Positions 1-10,687 are shown, counted from the first letter of the stretch. The stretch is DNA of 32,000 bases from Halalkalibacterium halodurans (GCF_004376175.1 NZ_SNUY01000022.1:23354-55353); one strand, 5' to 3'. Notes: generated by a model not told the origin, from the letters alone. Made by a program: numbers and translations.

Positions 1-423
1 TGTGCCCAGCGTGCTGGATTGGATGTAAAGGAGTTTAAGCAGGACCTTCATTCAAAAGGAGCAGCTAAAGCCTTACGTTGTGATATGCAAACAACAAAGG
101 AAATGGATGTGGACCTTGTTCCAACTTTCGTGTTTTTTAACGATAACGTAGATGAAGAAGGAATCAAAGTCACAGGTCATTACCCCTATTCCATTTACGT
201 TCAAATTTTGGAGGACATGCTTGGATTTAAACCAGAACGCCAACCTCCAATGTCGTTAGAACACTTTTTAAAGAAATATGAATTTGTTGCTTCGATTGAG
301 GTTGCCGTTGTGTTTGACTTAGAGATCGATGAAGCGGAAAAGCAGTTAAAGAAACTAGTGCTGAAGCAAAAACTGGAACTGGTTCCGATGAAATACGGGA
401 ACTTTTGGAGATATTTAGAGTAG
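1..423 (+). CDS. spxH: C-terminal part of the DsbA/thioredoxin-like Spx adaptor protein SpxH (YjbH); the 5' end lies outside the window
   Basis: The reading frame is open from base 1; the track ORF merely begins at an internal TTG at 19. The gene sits next to pepF-coiA-mecA-spx, as yjbH does in B. subtilis. A hairpin terminator follows the stop. Confidence 0.6.
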   Translation, partial: CAQRAGLDVKEFKQDLHSKGAAKALRCDMQTTKEMDVDLVPTFVFFNDNVDEEGIKVTGHYPYSIYVQILEDMLGFKPERQPPMSLEHFLKKYEFVASIEVAVVFDLEIDEAEKQLKKLVLKQKLELVPMKYGNFWRYLE

Positions 424-455
424 AAAAAAGACAGCCGAGAAAGCTGTCTTTTTTC
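424..455 (+). terminator. Rho-independent terminator after spxH
   Basis: Stem GACAGC (430-435) / GCTGTC (443-448), flanked by an A-run and a T-run (449-454). Confidence 0.8.
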
Positions 456-623
456 TTTATGGGGGGAGAGAATGTGATGTGCTTCACATATATAATGTAT
501 CATACTGGAAACAGTAAAACAATGGGGCTCAATGATCGTTCAGAGAATTGACACATTCCTATTTCAGCAAACTTTTGCATACATTGAAAAAGAAACGATT
601 TGTACATGGGAGGAATGAAGCAC

Positions 624-797
624 ATGTCGCGCTTTTTGATCGGAGTCGGCCTTATCGGAACGATCGTAAGCTTCTATTTCTTACTTCTCTCTTTTCTGAG
701 CATGTTCCCGCTCTTTATCTCCGCCCCCCTTCTTTTTGCTAGCATCTATTTAATTGTGTACCAGTTTCACCACCGCAACCGGTTTCGTGGGTTCTAA
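624..797 (+). CDS. Small hydrophobic membrane protein (57 aa), hypothetical
   Basis: GGGAGG at 608-613 lies 10 nt upstream of the ATG at 624. The product MSRFLIGVGLIGTIVSFYFLLLSF... has two predicted TM segments. The overlapping ORF 548-742 has no RBS. Confidence 0.45.
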   Translation: MSRFLIGVGLIGTIVSFYFLLLSFLSMFPLFISAPLLFASIYLIVYQFHHRNRFRGF

Positions 798-832
798 AGT
801 GGGAACTGTTTTTCCCCTTTTACCTTAGTACG

Positions 833-876
833 AAAAATAACCATGCAGTTCTATGATAGACTGCATGGTTATTCAC
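833..876. terminator. Bidirectional terminator between the small ORF and pepF
   Basis: 12-bp stem ATAACCATGCAG (837-848) / CTGCATGGTTAT (861-872), with an A-run upstream and T-rich sequence downstream. Confidence 0.75.
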
Positions 877-884
877 CCTTTGTT

Positions 885-2681
885 TTAAAGGAGTGCCTCG
901 ATCTCATCTAACGTTTTCTCAAATAGAGAAAGAGCCTCTTGGATTGGTTTCTTTGACGTCATATCGACACCAGCATGCTTTAAAATGTCAATCGGATATT
1001 GCGAGCTACCAGCTTTCAAAAAGTCGAGATAGCGCTCAACAACAGGAGCTCCATCCTCTAAAATTTGTTTAGCAAGGGCAGCAGCAGCACTGTATCCTGT
1101 CGCGTATTGATAGACATAAAAATTATAGTAGAAATGAGGAATTCTTGCCCATTCAAGACCGATCTCCTTGTCAATGACAATCTCATCTCCAAAATACTTT
1201 ACATTTAAATCATAATACAGCTTTGATAACAGCTCTGGCGTCAATGGAATGCCATCTGCAGATTGCTCATGAATAAGCTGTTCAAACTCAGCAAACATCG
1301 TCTGCCTAAAGACTGTTCCACGAAAACCTTCCAAGAAATGATTGAGCAAATAAATCTTTTCTTGCTCATTGTTTGTGTTTTTCACCATGTAATCATTTAA
1401 CAGTGCTTCGTTTAAAGTGGAAGCGACTTCGGCAACGAAGATCGTGTAGTCGCCATAAGGATATGGTCGGTGTTTCCGCGAATAAAAACTGTGCATCGAA
1501 TGTCCAAGTTCATGGGCTAATGTAAAGACATTATCAATATTATCCTGCCAATTCATGAGAATGTATGGCATCGTGCCGTACGCTCCAGAAGAATAGGCTC
1601 CGCTTCGTTTACCTTTGTTTTCAACAACGTCAATCCAACGTTTCTCATAACCTTGCTTAATTTCATCTGTATAGCTTTCGCCTAGTGGAGCGAATCCTTT
1701 TAACACAAGCTCTTTCGCTTCATCGTAGGAAATCTTCATCTCCACATCCTTGACGAGCGGTGTATACAGATCATACATATGGAGTTCATCCACACCTAAA
1801 ATTCGCTTTCTTAATTTAACATAGCGATGAAGTAAGTGTAGGTTGTCATTGACGGTTGAAACGAGTTGATCATAGACCACTTCGGGAATAAAATTGCGTG
1901 ACAATGCCGCTTCCCGAGCCGATTTATATTTTCTTACATTTGCGTAAAACAAATCTCGCTTCACTTGACTACTCAGTGTAGAAGCAAAGGTATTCTTGTA
2001 TTTTTCATATGTGGAATAAACCGCTTGAAACGCATCTTTTCGTACACGCCGATCTCCACTTTCTAAAAACTGCAAATATCTTCCGTGGGTGACTTCTACT
2101 TCTTCTCCATTCTCATTCACAATGGTCGGGAATGTCATATCTGCATTGTTTAACATACCAAATGTATTGCTAGGAGCGCTCGTCACTTCACTCGCCTGTG
2201 CTAAAATTGATTCTTCGGCTTCTGACAGCACATGGGGACGTTGCTTGTTTAGTTCATCTAACATATGACGATACAACGTGAGTGGTTCATGTTCATTGAG
2301 GAAGGTGTCGATCTTCTCTTTTTCGATTGACATAAGCTCTGGGACAACAAATGAAGCCGCTTGCCCAACTTGAGAAGCTAAGGTCTGCGCCCTATCATTT
2401 AGCCCTTGATAAAACGAATTGGTTGTGTCTTGGTCATAACGCATATGAGCATATGTATACAGTCGTCCCAATCGTTCGGTTATTTCATCCTGTTGTTGCA
2501 AGGCTGCATACAAAATCTCAGCAGATTGACTTAACTTTCCTTTAAACTGTACTAATGATGAAATAAGTCCCTTCACTTCATTAAATTCTTTTTCCCATTC
2601 TTCATCTGTACTAAAGATGGCTTCTAAATCCCATGTTAAGTCGACAGGGATTTCGCTTCTCTTCGGTAACGTTTTTGCCAT
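885..2681 (-). CDS. pepF: Oligoendopeptidase F (M3B metallopeptidase)
   Basis: 598-aa ORF with the HELGH zinc motif (AHELGHSMH). Its length and its position next to coiA are typical of Bacillus pepF (yjbG). RBS GAAGGAGG precedes the ATG. Confidence 0.93.
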   Translation of the reverse strand: MAKTLPKRSEIPVDLTWDLEAIFSTDEEWEKEFNEVKGLISSLVQFKGKLSQSAEILYAALQQQDEITERLGRLYTYAHMRYDQDTTNSFYQGLNDRAQTLASQVGQAASFVVPELMSIEKEKIDTFLNEHEPLTLYRHMLDELNKQRPHVLSEAEESILAQASEVTSAPSNTFGMLNNADMTFPTIVNENGEEVEVTHGRYLQFLESGDRRVRKDAFQAVYSTYEKYKNTFASTLSSQVKRDLFYANVRKYKSAREAALSRNFIPEVVYDQLVSTVNDNLHLLHRYVKLRKRILGVDELHMYDLYTPLVKDVEMKISYDEAKELVLKGFAPLGESYTDEIKQGYEKRWIDVVENKGKRSGAYSSGAYGTMPYILMNWQDNIDNVFTLAHELGHSMHSFYSRKHRPYPYGDYTIFVAEVASTLNEALLNDYMVKNTNNEQEKIYLLNHFLEGFRGTVFRQTMFAEFEQLIHEQSADGIPLTPELLSKLYYDLNVKYFGDEIVIDKEIGLEWARIPHFYYNFYVYQYATGYSAAAALAKQILEDGAPVVERYLDFLKAGSSQYPIDILKHAGVDMTSKKPIQEALSLFEKTLDEIEALL

Positions 2682-2768
2682 GTTTCCGACCTCCTTCTAG
2701 TTGACTCTCTCCTAGAATACCGATTTTTTCTTAGGTTTTCCAGTCTTACCTATTTTAATCGCTACAAT

Positions 2769-3986
2769 TCATGAATAGGTATTACATGATAACCTATTCT
2801 CATCTAATGTTAAGTATGCATGATAGAATGCTTCATCTTGGGTGAGGGCTTCCTCAGCAGAATGTGGAAATGATCGTTCACGTAGGCGCACATATTGGTT
2901 GTGACCTGGGGCCTTTGCAAGTATCCTTGCTGAAACAAGTAGATCTAAATATCCTTTGATGGATTGTTCAAGATGAGAAAGGTGTTGAACGATAGGACGT
3001 AATTTGAATATGCGCTGGGATTGAAAGGAGCGTAAAACAGTGAGAAGTGGGAACGAAGCCATGAGCGGTTGCCGTTCGATGACATGGCATAATATCCAAG
3101 ACTGCCAAAGGTATGTTGGAGTGGCAACCCATTCATGACCTTTGCTTGGCCAACCTGCTTCGATCGGAAACAACTGAGGATGTAAATTTTGTTCGTAGAA
3201 CCATGATTGGAAGTGTCTTTGATCTGGTGAAGGGTAGGGGATTGGATATTGAAAACGCCACTGTTTCTTCTGCGTTAACCACGCATCGCTTGGTAAGCTT
3301 TCATGAGGTTTGAGAGAAGGATACACCCAATCTTGGAATGTTTGGTTAAGGTGAGCTTTTTCTTTTAGGACGGCTAACGTTTTTGTGAGAGAAATCGGGG
3401 TTATGTTTGAGAGGGTAAAAAACTTTAACGATGTTGGACAAAAATACCGTAGATGTAAATGTTCGTATGGATCTTTGCATAAAGCTAACCATTCAAAGGA
3501 TTGAAGGCGAAAATGAAACGTCCCTTCCCGGTTCAACCGATTGCCTCCAAGAACCCAAATAGGGTAAATCCCTGCTCGCTTGTAGCCGTCCGTCCGCTTT
3601 TTTATCTCTTGAAGGGGCAATGAGGAACATTGATATTCGACAGCAACCAGTTGTTTATCCTTTCGAAGGAGAATATCTGGACGCTGCTGCAAAATCGGAA
3701 GATATACCTCTAGCGCCACTTCAAGCTTTTGCCGCTTTAGCCATTGATACAATAACCGTTTTCCTGATAAATGATAATGAGATTCTGGTTCCGTTGAGAC
3801 ACGGCAAGCTTCTTTAGATTGATGGGCGAAATGCCATTGCCGTTGTGAGCCAATCTTCAGTACGAGCTTTTCCTTACAAGCTGGGCAGTAGAAGCCCTGC
3901 TTCTTCTGAAGCGATTGCAACACCTCCTTTTGCCAAGAGTCAAGCAAGTTAACGGTTTGTCCATTTTGTAATTTTGCTGTGAGCAT
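2769..3986 (-). CDS. coiA: Competence protein CoiA
   Basis: 405-aa ORF. The N-terminus has a CPACKEKL...WHFAH zinc-finger-like segment characteristic of CoiA/YjbF. It lies between pepF and mecA as in other Bacilli. Confidence 0.85.
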   Translation of the reverse strand: MLTAKLQNGQTVNLLDSWQKEVLQSLQKKQGFYCPACKEKLVLKIGSQRQWHFAHQSKEACRVSTEPESHYHLSGKRLLYQWLKRQKLEVALEVYLPILQQRPDILLRKDKQLVAVEYQCSSLPLQEIKKRTDGYKRAGIYPIWVLGGNRLNREGTFHFRLQSFEWLALCKDPYEHLHLRYFCPTSLKFFTLSNITPISLTKTLAVLKEKAHLNQTFQDWVYPSLKPHESLPSDAWLTQKKQWRFQYPIPYPSPDQRHFQSWFYEQNLHPQLFPIEAGWPSKGHEWVATPTYLWQSWILCHVIERQPLMASFPLLTVLRSFQSQRIFKLRPIVQHLSHLEQSIKGYLDLLVSARILAKAPGHNQYVRLRERSFPHSAEEALTQDEAFYHAYLTLDENRLSCNTYS

Positions 3987-4130
3987 AGCAGCACCTCCCT
4001 CCTATTCCATTCGACCTATTATTACAAAATCCTGCTTCGTTCACATTATTTCTCAGGAAATAAAAGTGTACTAAGAAAAACTTGTCCTAATTGCCAATCC
4101 TATGTGACCGTATTTTATCCTTCTTAAAGT

Positions 4131-4170
4131 AAAAAAAAGACAGGAGCATAAGCCCTATCTTCTTCTGTCT
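4131..4170 (-). terminator. Terminator of cls
   Basis: Stem GACAG (4139-4143) / CTGTC (4165-4169), with A8 on the plus strand (a T-run on the minus strand). It overlaps the cls stop codon. Confidence 0.6.
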
Positions 4171-5680
4171 ATAGCAAAGGTGATAATAGCCGACAAGTGG
4201 ATTCAAGTACGCGATAATACCAAGCTCTGTTTCTAAATTGCTCAAAGCGAATTTGATTTGTATGCTCCAAATCGTAGACAAAATCACTTACGAGTGTGGT
4301 TACACTTTTCGTGCGGTAAAGAAAAGCGTTCACTTCAAAATTCAAATGGAAACTTCGCATATCCATGTTCGATGTTCCAATCGAAGCAATCTCATTATCG
4401 ACGATAATAATTTTGCTATGAAGAAAGCCTCGTGTATATTCGTATACTTTCACTCCCGCTTCAAGAAGCTCTGAAAAATAAGAGCGGGAAGCATGAAAAA
4501 CAATCCGTTTATCTGGACGATTAGGAACGAGAATCCTAACATCAATACCACTTAGGGCAGCAATTTTTAAAGCACTTAAAATATCTTCATCCGGGATGAA
4601 ATATGGACTGGTGATCCAAATCGATTTCTTCGCTGATGTGATCATGGAAAAGAATAGCTTTTTATTAATTTCCCAACGAGTATCAGGACCACTCGCAATC
4701 ATCTGGACACCGCCATCATCCTTCATATTTGTCAATGCTGGGGATAGGTAAGATGGCTTCAAAATCGTTTCTCCTGTTTCGTGGGCCCAATCCCGGAGGA
4801 AAATGAGCTGTAATGTACGTACAGCTTCTCCGCGAACATACAGATGGGTATCTCGCCAAAATCCGAAATATGGGTCTTTTCCTAAATATTCATCGCCAAT
4901 ATTTAAACCACCTACGAAGCCCACGGTTCCGTCGATGACGATAATCTTTCGGTGATTGCGGTAATTGATCGTATGATTAATAAACGGTAGCTTTACAGGG
5001 GCAAACGGAACAATCTCTACTCCGGCCTGCTTCAGATCCTGAATATAAGATTTAGAGAGCTTCCAGCTACCTACACCGTCATAAAGAAAACGTACATGAA
5101 TTCCTTCCTTCGCTTTCTGCATTAGGATCTCTTTAATTTCCTGACCAATTTCATCATCACGAACAATATAATATTCGAGATGAATATGATGCGTTGCCAT
5201 TCGTAACGCTTGTTTAATATGGGCAAACGTTTCTTTCCCGTCTGTCAGCACTTTCGTATTGGTTGAAAATGAAATCGGATTGTTCGCTAGTCGATGAGCC
5301 AGTCGAAACAACAGTTGTTGATGACCACCCATTTTCTGTAACTGTTCTTCATTTAGCTGACGATTTCCCTCTATTTTTTCAAATGCCTCTTCATCTGATA
5401 ATGCCTTTTTCATAAAGGTTTTACTTTTTCGATGATTTTGTCCGAACATCAAATAAAAGATGAAGCCAACGACTGGAAACACGGCAAGCACCATTAACCA
5501 TGTTAACGTTTTTGTCGGGTGACGGTTTTCTAAAAAAATAACGATACCTATAAAGACAACCGTGATGGTAATGAGTACACTAAAAACCCCGACAATCCAG
5601 CCTTGCCAAAACGAACGGGTAAGGTATAAACCTGTCGAAAGGATCAATAAAAAGAGTAAGACGTTTAACCGATTTTTCAT
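4169..5680 (-). CDS. cls: Cardiolipin synthase (phospholipase D superfamily)
   Basis: 503 aa with two N-terminal TM helices and two HKD motifs (HRKIIVIDG..., HSKIIIVDN...). Confidence 0.92.
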   Translation of the reverse strand: MKNRLNVLLFLLILSTGLYLTRSFWQGWIVGVFSVLITITVVFIGIVIFLENRHPTKTLTWLMVLAVFPVVGFIFYLMFGQNHRKSKTFMKKALSDEEAFEKIEGNRQLNEEQLQKMGGHQQLLFRLAHRLANNPISFSTNTKVLTDGKETFAHIKQALRMATHHIHLEYYIVRDDEIGQEIKEILMQKAKEGIHVRFLYDGVGSWKLSKSYIQDLKQAGVEIVPFAPVKLPFINHTINYRNHRKIIVIDGTVGFVGGLNIGDEYLGKDPYFGFWRDTHLYVRGEAVRTLQLIFLRDWAHETGETILKPSYLSPALTNMKDDGGVQMIASGPDTRWEINKKLFFSMITSAKKSIWITSPYFIPDEDILSALKIAALSGIDVRILVPNRPDKRIVFHASRSYFSELLEAGVKVYEYTRGFLHSKIIIVDNEIASIGTSNMDMRSFHLNFEVNAFLYRTKSVTTLVSDFVYDLEHTNQIRFEQFRNRAWYYRVLESTCRLLSPLL

Positions 5681-5842
5681 AGTGACGAGCTCCTATCTCA
5701 TCTTTCTCGAATCTAGATCGTACAATTCCAACTTTTATTATACACGTATCGTTTAGGAAAGAAAGACTCTCTCCTTTTCTTTAGATCTATACGAAATATA
5801 AAGAAAAAGGTTGCTAATTCTTAATAGTTTTTCCTGAAAGCA

Positions 5843-5870
5843 GAAAAACGACCACTTCTCCTCAAGTGGA
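5843..5870 (-). terminator. Terminator of mecA
   Basis: Stem CCACTT (5852-5857) / AAGTGG (5864-5869), with a T-run on the minus strand (plus-strand AGAAAAACGA). Confidence 0.6.
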
Positions 5871-5896
5871 GAAAGGCCGTCTAACAAACAATGTAC

Positions 5897-6535
5897 TTAT
5901 GCACGTTTTGGAAATTGCTCACGTACTACCGTCAAAGCATTGCTATCAATGATCACCTTTCCATATTCCATAATCCGATAAATCGATAAATCCGACTCAT
6001 AGCCATACTCTAACATTTGACTTAACATGTCATCCTGCTCATCTTCACTGTACGTTTCATCGTTAAAGACGACGTGCAAGTAGTACGTTCCTTCAAAATG
6101 AACCAACGTGTTATTAATATCATCAATAAAGAAATTATGGCTAAGGTCAATAATGTCCTCAAAATCTGCAAAGCCGATCACAATTTCAAGCGACTCTTCA
6201 AGAAAATCATCTTCGGTCATCATAGAAGACTCTTGTCCTTGACCATCCCCATCTTCTTGGGTTACCGGAATCTCCAACTTCACATTTCCGTCAGAGATTT
6301 GCCCGCGAGTCACGACAATCTCCAACCCTTTTTCTAACGCATGGACTTGAATCCATAATGGACCTTCTAATTCAAAATCTTCCCGATCATTGGCCTCATT
6401 CATCATTTCAAAGAAGAGCTCTTCGCCCCGTTCGCGATTATACCAAATCTCATCACGGTCAAAACCGCGTGATTCTATATCTTTATACGTTATAAAAAAC
6501 TTTACTGTTGAATCGTTAATGCGTTCGATTTCCAT
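5897..6535 (-). CDS. mecA: Adaptor protein MecA (ClpC adaptor)
   Basis: The product begins MEIERINDSTVKFFITYKDIESRGFDRDEIWYNRERGEELF, closely matching the B. subtilis MecA N-terminus. I chose the ATG at 6535 because RBS GGAGGGAG precedes it; the 28 extra codons in the track ORF have no RBS. Confidence 0.9.
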   Translation of the reverse strand: MEIERINDSTVKFFITYKDIESRGFDRDEIWYNRERGEELFFEMMNEANDREDFELEGPLWIQVHALEKGLEIVVTRGQISDGNVKLEIPVTQEDGDGQGQESSMMTEDDFLEESLEIVIGFADFEDIIDLSHNFFIDDINNTLVHFEGTYYLHVVFNDETYSEDEQDDMLSQMLEYGYESDLSIYRIMEYGKVIIDSNALTVVREQFPKRA

Positions 6536-6932
6536 TTTTGCTCTCCCTCCTACTCTTTTAGAGGATTGTTTCGTTCGAGAATTTCCCTTTGAACGCAAAT
6601 GACACTTCGACTCCACCATAGTGTAGGACTAAAATGGTGTAAAACCAAAAAAGCTTGGTCTTTTTGTTACCTCTATTTTATGATAAATCGGCTTGGATTG
6701 GAAACGAAAAAACCCGATTTCCAAAGATTTTTATGAAAATTTCTACGAATGGACTGTCATGTTAAGGACTGGACCTACTCTTCGATAATTTCAAGTTCTT
6801 ATTTACGCCAATTTGTATAGATTGTATTAGTAGACAAGCAACACCGTCTATAATTTTTCATTCTCAACGATATAGCTCCAAATGTCAAGGATCTACGTTC
6901 TAGCAATCTTTAAAGCCAAAGGGTGATACAAC

Positions 6933-7604
6933 TTGTTCGATTTAGACTTTATCCTATCTGTGATCACAATTATTGGCATCGATCTCATTTTAGGTGGAGA
7001 TAACGCTATCGTCGTTGCTCTCGCGTGCCGTCACTTACCGAAGCAGCAACGAAATAAAGCGATCATGATTGGAATTGGCCTTGCACTACTCGTTCGCGTG
7101 CTCCTTACAATGGTTGCAGTTCAGCTATTGGAGATTCCATTTTTATTAGGCATTGGTGGTGCACTCTTGATTTATATTGCCTTTCAATTGCTAGTCGATA
7201 ACAACAGTGAGCAAGAAATTAGCACAGGACCCACACTAGGGAGTGCGATAAAAGCTATCGTCATTGCTGATTGTGTCATGGGATTTGATAACGTGTTGGC
7301 AATCGCTGGCGCTTCTCATGGGAACCCCATTCTCGTCATTACTGGCCTATTGATCTCTGTCCCAATCATCATTTGGGGGAGCAAACTCATTCTCGTTCTT
7401 TTTGATACATTTCCGATCATTGTCTACATTGGTGCAGGAATATTAGCCTTTACAGCCTCGCGCATGATTACGCATGAACCGATGCTAGCTCCCCTGTTTA
7501 TTAATCAACCAGGTTTTATGATTTTCTTTCAGGTAACGGTTATCGCTTTTGTTTTAGCACTTGGTTATACTTGCAAAAATAAAAAGAAAAGCCACCTTGC
7601 ATGA
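6933..7604 (+). CDS. yjbE: TerC-family integral membrane protein
   Basis: Multi-TM protein with the paired GGDNAIV / GFDNVLAI motifs typical of TerC. It has a TTG start with AAGGGTGA upstream. It lies between mecA and spx as B. subtilis yjbE does. Confidence 0.85.
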   Translation: MFDLDFILSVITIIGIDLILGGDNAIVVALACRHLPKQQRNKAIMIGIGLALLVRVLLTMVAVQLLEIPFLLGIGGALLIYIAFQLLVDNNSEQEISTGPTLGSAIKAIVIADCVMGFDNVLAIAGASHGNPILVITGLLISVPIIIWGSKLILVLFDTFPIIVYIGAGILAFTASRMITHEPMLAPLFINQPGFMIFFQVTVIAFVLALGYTCKNKKKSHLA

Positions 7605-7633
7605 CACAAGCTGACTTTGTGACTAATTTTCAT

Positions 7634-8080
<447 letters not shown>

Positions 8081-8471
8081 TTATACGAAACTTATTATAC
8101 ATGAATAGACAAGTTGTGCATAGCATTTATTGCTAAAACTACTATCCAATAACCAAATATAGACGAGACGACTAAAACACACATAGGGATCTTTCCCGTT
8201 CTCTCTCTATTTTAAACGAAAACCCATTCGACTTTCTATACATTTGTGTATGTTTAGTTACAATTTTAACAAAAACATTTGAATTCGTCTATTCCTTCGT
8301 ATAACGAAAAGTATAAAAAATGAACTTAATTTTATTAGAAAAATGCAAAACGCCTACTTAAAAACGCACCGGCTGTCCTGAGCAACGGAGATAAAAAAAT
8401 TAAGGTGAGCTGCAAACGGATGATCTCAGCCCCTTGCGCAAGGTATCTCACGATTAGACTTACTTGCTTAT

Positions 8472-8499
8472 AAAAAAACCTAGAGTTTTCTCTAGGTTT
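8472..8499 (-). terminator. Rho-independent terminator after the small basic ORF
   Basis: Stem CCTAGAG (8479-8485) / CTCTAGG (8490-8496), followed by T7 on the minus strand. Confidence 0.8.
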
Positions 8500-8512
8500 A
8501 GGGCTTCGTACG

Positions 8513-8638
8513 TTATCGCTTCGTCGATTGAGTGGCAGGTCCACGTCTAGGAGCTTTTAAATTTTTTAGATTTTTCTTAAGGAGTTCCTTCAGCAACTCC
8601 CTTTTCTTTCTTTGCTTTGCTTTCGTCCGCTTTTTCAT
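8513..8638 (-). CDS. Unannotated 41-aa, very basic small protein (MKKRTKAKQRKKRELLKELLKKNLKNLKAPRRGPATQSTKR)
   Basis: It is too short for the supplied ORF track. AGAGGTGG lies 6 nt upstream of the ATG, the ORF begins 44 nt downstream of the yjbC stop, and the terminator above follows it directly. Confidence 0.35.
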   Translation of the reverse strand: MKKRTKAKQRKKRELLKELLKKNLKNLKAPRRGPATQSTKR

Positions 8639-8682
8639 GGACAACCACCTCTGCTACCGAAAGGGTATGATAATGGGAAGAA

Positions 8683-9249
8683 CTAAAGCTGTGTGTCCTC
8701 CTGCTTAGATTCATCAAATGTAAGCACCTGATCCACATCTTCATAGGAAGCACCATATAGCTCTTCATCCTTATACGTATGAATCGTCTCATACGTATGC
8801 TTCATTTTTTCATAAATACTTTCTTCTGATTCATCCGTTGGTGACCAATAAAAAATTTCTAGCTCGTTGACTTCATTTGTCGCCAGTGAACGTCTGCTGT
8901 AACCGATTGATTCAGCATGCTTAAAACCTTCTCGCTCGTAAAAGCGCAGTCGCTTTTCAGAATCAGAATCTTCGTAGTCAAGCGGCTCTACTTCAAGGAT
9001 AATTGGCTTCCCCTTTTCTTTCAACTGATTGAGTAACCTTTTGCCGAGTCCTTGTCCACGCGCATCTTTCGAAACAAACAAATAATCCACAAAAATAAAA
9101 TCATCTGTTTCTACATACATCATAACATGATTTTTACCTTCATCCTTATGATAAATATCTGACTTTTCCTTTAAAAGTAACTCCATATGTTCCTTGGACT
9201 TCATCTCTTCAATAGGGAAGTATTGGTTTAGCTTTTCGTACCAATTCAA
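8683..9249 (-). CDS. yjbC: GNAT-family N-acetyltransferase (YjbC-like)
   Basis: 188 aa with an acetyl-CoA binding-type motif (RGQGLGKRLL). It has a TTG start 10 nt after GGAGG. It lies upstream of spx, like B. subtilis yjbC. Confidence 0.8.
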   Translation of the reverse strand: MNWYEKLNQYFPIEEMKSKEHMELLLKEKSDIYHKDEGKNHVMMYVETDDFIFVDYLFVSKDARGQGLGKRLLNQLKEKGKPIILEVEPLDYEDSDSEKRLRFYEREGFKHAESIGYSRRSLATNEVNELEIFYWSPTDESEESIYEKMKHTYETIHTYKDEELYGASYEDVDQVLTFDESKQEDTQL

Positions 9250-9449
9250 TGTTTGTCAACCTCCAGCACGTAGGATATGTATAGTATACGCTTGATCGTT
9301 GGTTTCATAAATCGCCGTTAATCAATGAATTTTTCGATAATCGGCCATCGAGGACGCCATAAACCATTCACGATCAGCTAGGGTAAAATCTCAACATCAT
9401 CCCCCTTGAACCTTCCTACACGTTCATCAGTCCAGCCTTTGCGGATTAC

Positions 9450-9484
9450 AAAAAAGAGCAAAGGGCTTATTTTCCCCTTGCTCC
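9450..9484 (-). terminator. Terminator of the HTH gene
   Basis: Stem GAGCAAAGGG (9456-9465) / CCCCTTGCTC (9474-9483) with one mismatch, followed by a T-run on the minus strand. Confidence 0.7.
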
Positions 9485-9542
9485 CCTTCTTTACGATTGC
9501 ATTCATCCACTCCAAAAAGGTAAACCAATGGCTCCATCTTTC

Positions 9543-9770
9543 TCAATCTTCATCTTTCGCATCCCAATCCTCCGGTAGCTCTTGCTCTTCACGACGCGAT
9601 TCTTCTCGCTTTTTATCCAGTTGCTCTTTATACCATGCAAACGAAGCTTGATTAACGACGTAAGTTCCATCGATAAAGTAAGCCTTTACATGCCCTGCTT
9701 GAATTTGATTTTCTAAATATGCTTCAGGGAGTTCCAAATAATCACTTAGCTCCTTTAATGTTACGTACAT
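9543..9770 (-). CDS. Small DNA-binding protein, excisionase/MerR-type helix-turn-helix (HTH_17-like), with an acidic C-terminal tail
   Basis: The N-terminus MYVTLKELSDYLELPEAYLENQIQAGHVKAYFIDGTYVV fits the HTH_17 pattern. RBS GAGGGAGGG precedes the start. Confidence 0.55.
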   Translation of the reverse strand: MYVTLKELSDYLELPEAYLENQIQAGHVKAYFIDGTYVVNQASFAWYKEQLDKKREESRREEQELPEDWDAKDED

Positions 9771-9838
9771 AAAATCCCTCCCTCATGTTTAGCATATCTT
9801 CTCTCCCTTTCATTCGTGAACATCGCTTATTGGAAGCG

Positions 9839-9871
9839 AAAAAAGCACGCCTCCATTTGGTTGAGGCGCAC
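9839..9871 (-). terminator. Terminator of the hemolysin-III family gene
   Basis: Stem CGCCTC (9848-9853) / GAGGCG (9863-9868), with a T-run on the minus strand. Confidence 0.65.
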
Positions 9872-9895
9872 TTCCCTGTTTTATATCGTCATCGG

Positions 9896-10543
9896 TCAAC
9901 CGATTGGCAACACGTAAAACAAGATGAGAACAAAGTGTAGGATGCTACCAATTAACACGAACACGTGCCAAATCGCGTGATGATAGGAAAATCCGCGCCA
10001 TACGTAGAAAATGGTCCCCACAGTATAAGCGATTCCACCACCAACTAAGCATGCAATCCCCCCTGATGGTAATGTTTCCATGATCGGACGGAAAGCGATG
10101 ACTGCAAGCCACCCCATCGCAACATAACAAGCGGTTGATAGAAATAGGAAACGTTTGACGAAAAATGCTTTAAACACAATGCCGACGACCGCCAAGCCCC
10201 AAACCACTCCAAATAGCGTCCATCCGAGGGCTCCTTGGACAACAATAAACAATAAAGGTGTATAGGTCCCAGCAATAAAAAGATAAATTGCCGCATGATC
10301 AATTACCTCAAAAATATCCTTTACTTTTCCCTCTGGGAGGCTGTGTAACATCGTTGACGAGAAATAAAGCATGAGCATCGTCGTACCGTACACAGTGAAG
10401 CTAACTACGTGCATCGCACTTCCGTAAAGGCTGGCAAAAACGATTAGCACCACTAGAGCAGCTAAACTAAGTACGACACCGATTCCGTGGGTAATCGCAT
10501 TCGCCAACTCTTCCTTGCGTGAAAATATGTGGGTCGTTCCCAT
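9896..10543 (-). CDS. Hemolysin III / PAQR-family membrane protein (YplQ-like)
   Basis: Seven-TM protein with the conserved ANAITHGIG N-terminal motif and HHAIWHVFV near the C-terminus. I preferred the ATG at 10543 because AGGTGG lies 8 nt upstream; the track ORF starts at a GTG four codons earlier. Confidence 0.85.
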   Translation of the reverse strand: MGTTHIFSRKEELANAITHGIGVVLSLAALVVLIVFASLYGSAMHVVSFTVYGTTMLMLYFSSTMLHSLPEGKVKDIFEVIDHAAIYLFIAGTYTPLLFIVVQGALGWTLFGVVWGLAVVGIVFKAFFVKRFLFLSTACYVAMGWLAVIAFRPIMETLPSGGIACLVGGGIAYTVGTIFYVWRGFSYHHAIWHVFVLIGSILHFVLILFYVLPIG

Positions 10544-10658
10544 TTCAGCATCCACCTACTTTTCCATCATAATGACCCATTATATCAAATAAAGTCATAA
10601 AAATCTCGTTGAGCTTGCCCCTTTTATCGAAGTTCATCTTTTTAAAAAGTGAAAAAGA

Positions 10659-10687
10659 TGTTGCAACCTTTCTCCCACCTCTATATA
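10659..10687 (+). promoter_or_regulatory. SigA-type promoter for the HD-domain gene
   Basis: TTGCAA (10659-10664), a 17-bp spacer, then TATAAT (10682-10687). Confidence 0.6.

Noticed and set aside
5897-6619. N-terminal extensions in track ORFs for mecA (28 aa), the HD protein (52 aa), the carboxypeptidase (13 aa), coaA (29 aa), the antiporter (5 aa), yjaZ (3 aa) and the hemolysin-III protein (4 aa).
   Set aside because: In each case an internal start has a proper Shine-Dalgarno sequence at 5-10 nt. Where I know the family (MecA, CoaA), that start also matches the conserved N-terminus.
6620-6932. A possible yybP-ykoY (Mn2+) riboswitch upstream of the TerC-family gene.
   Set aside because: TerC genes are often preceded by this riboswitch, but the conserved GGGGAGTAG and the TTGACATA...AGCAAGACC elements are absent from both strands of the 313-bp region.
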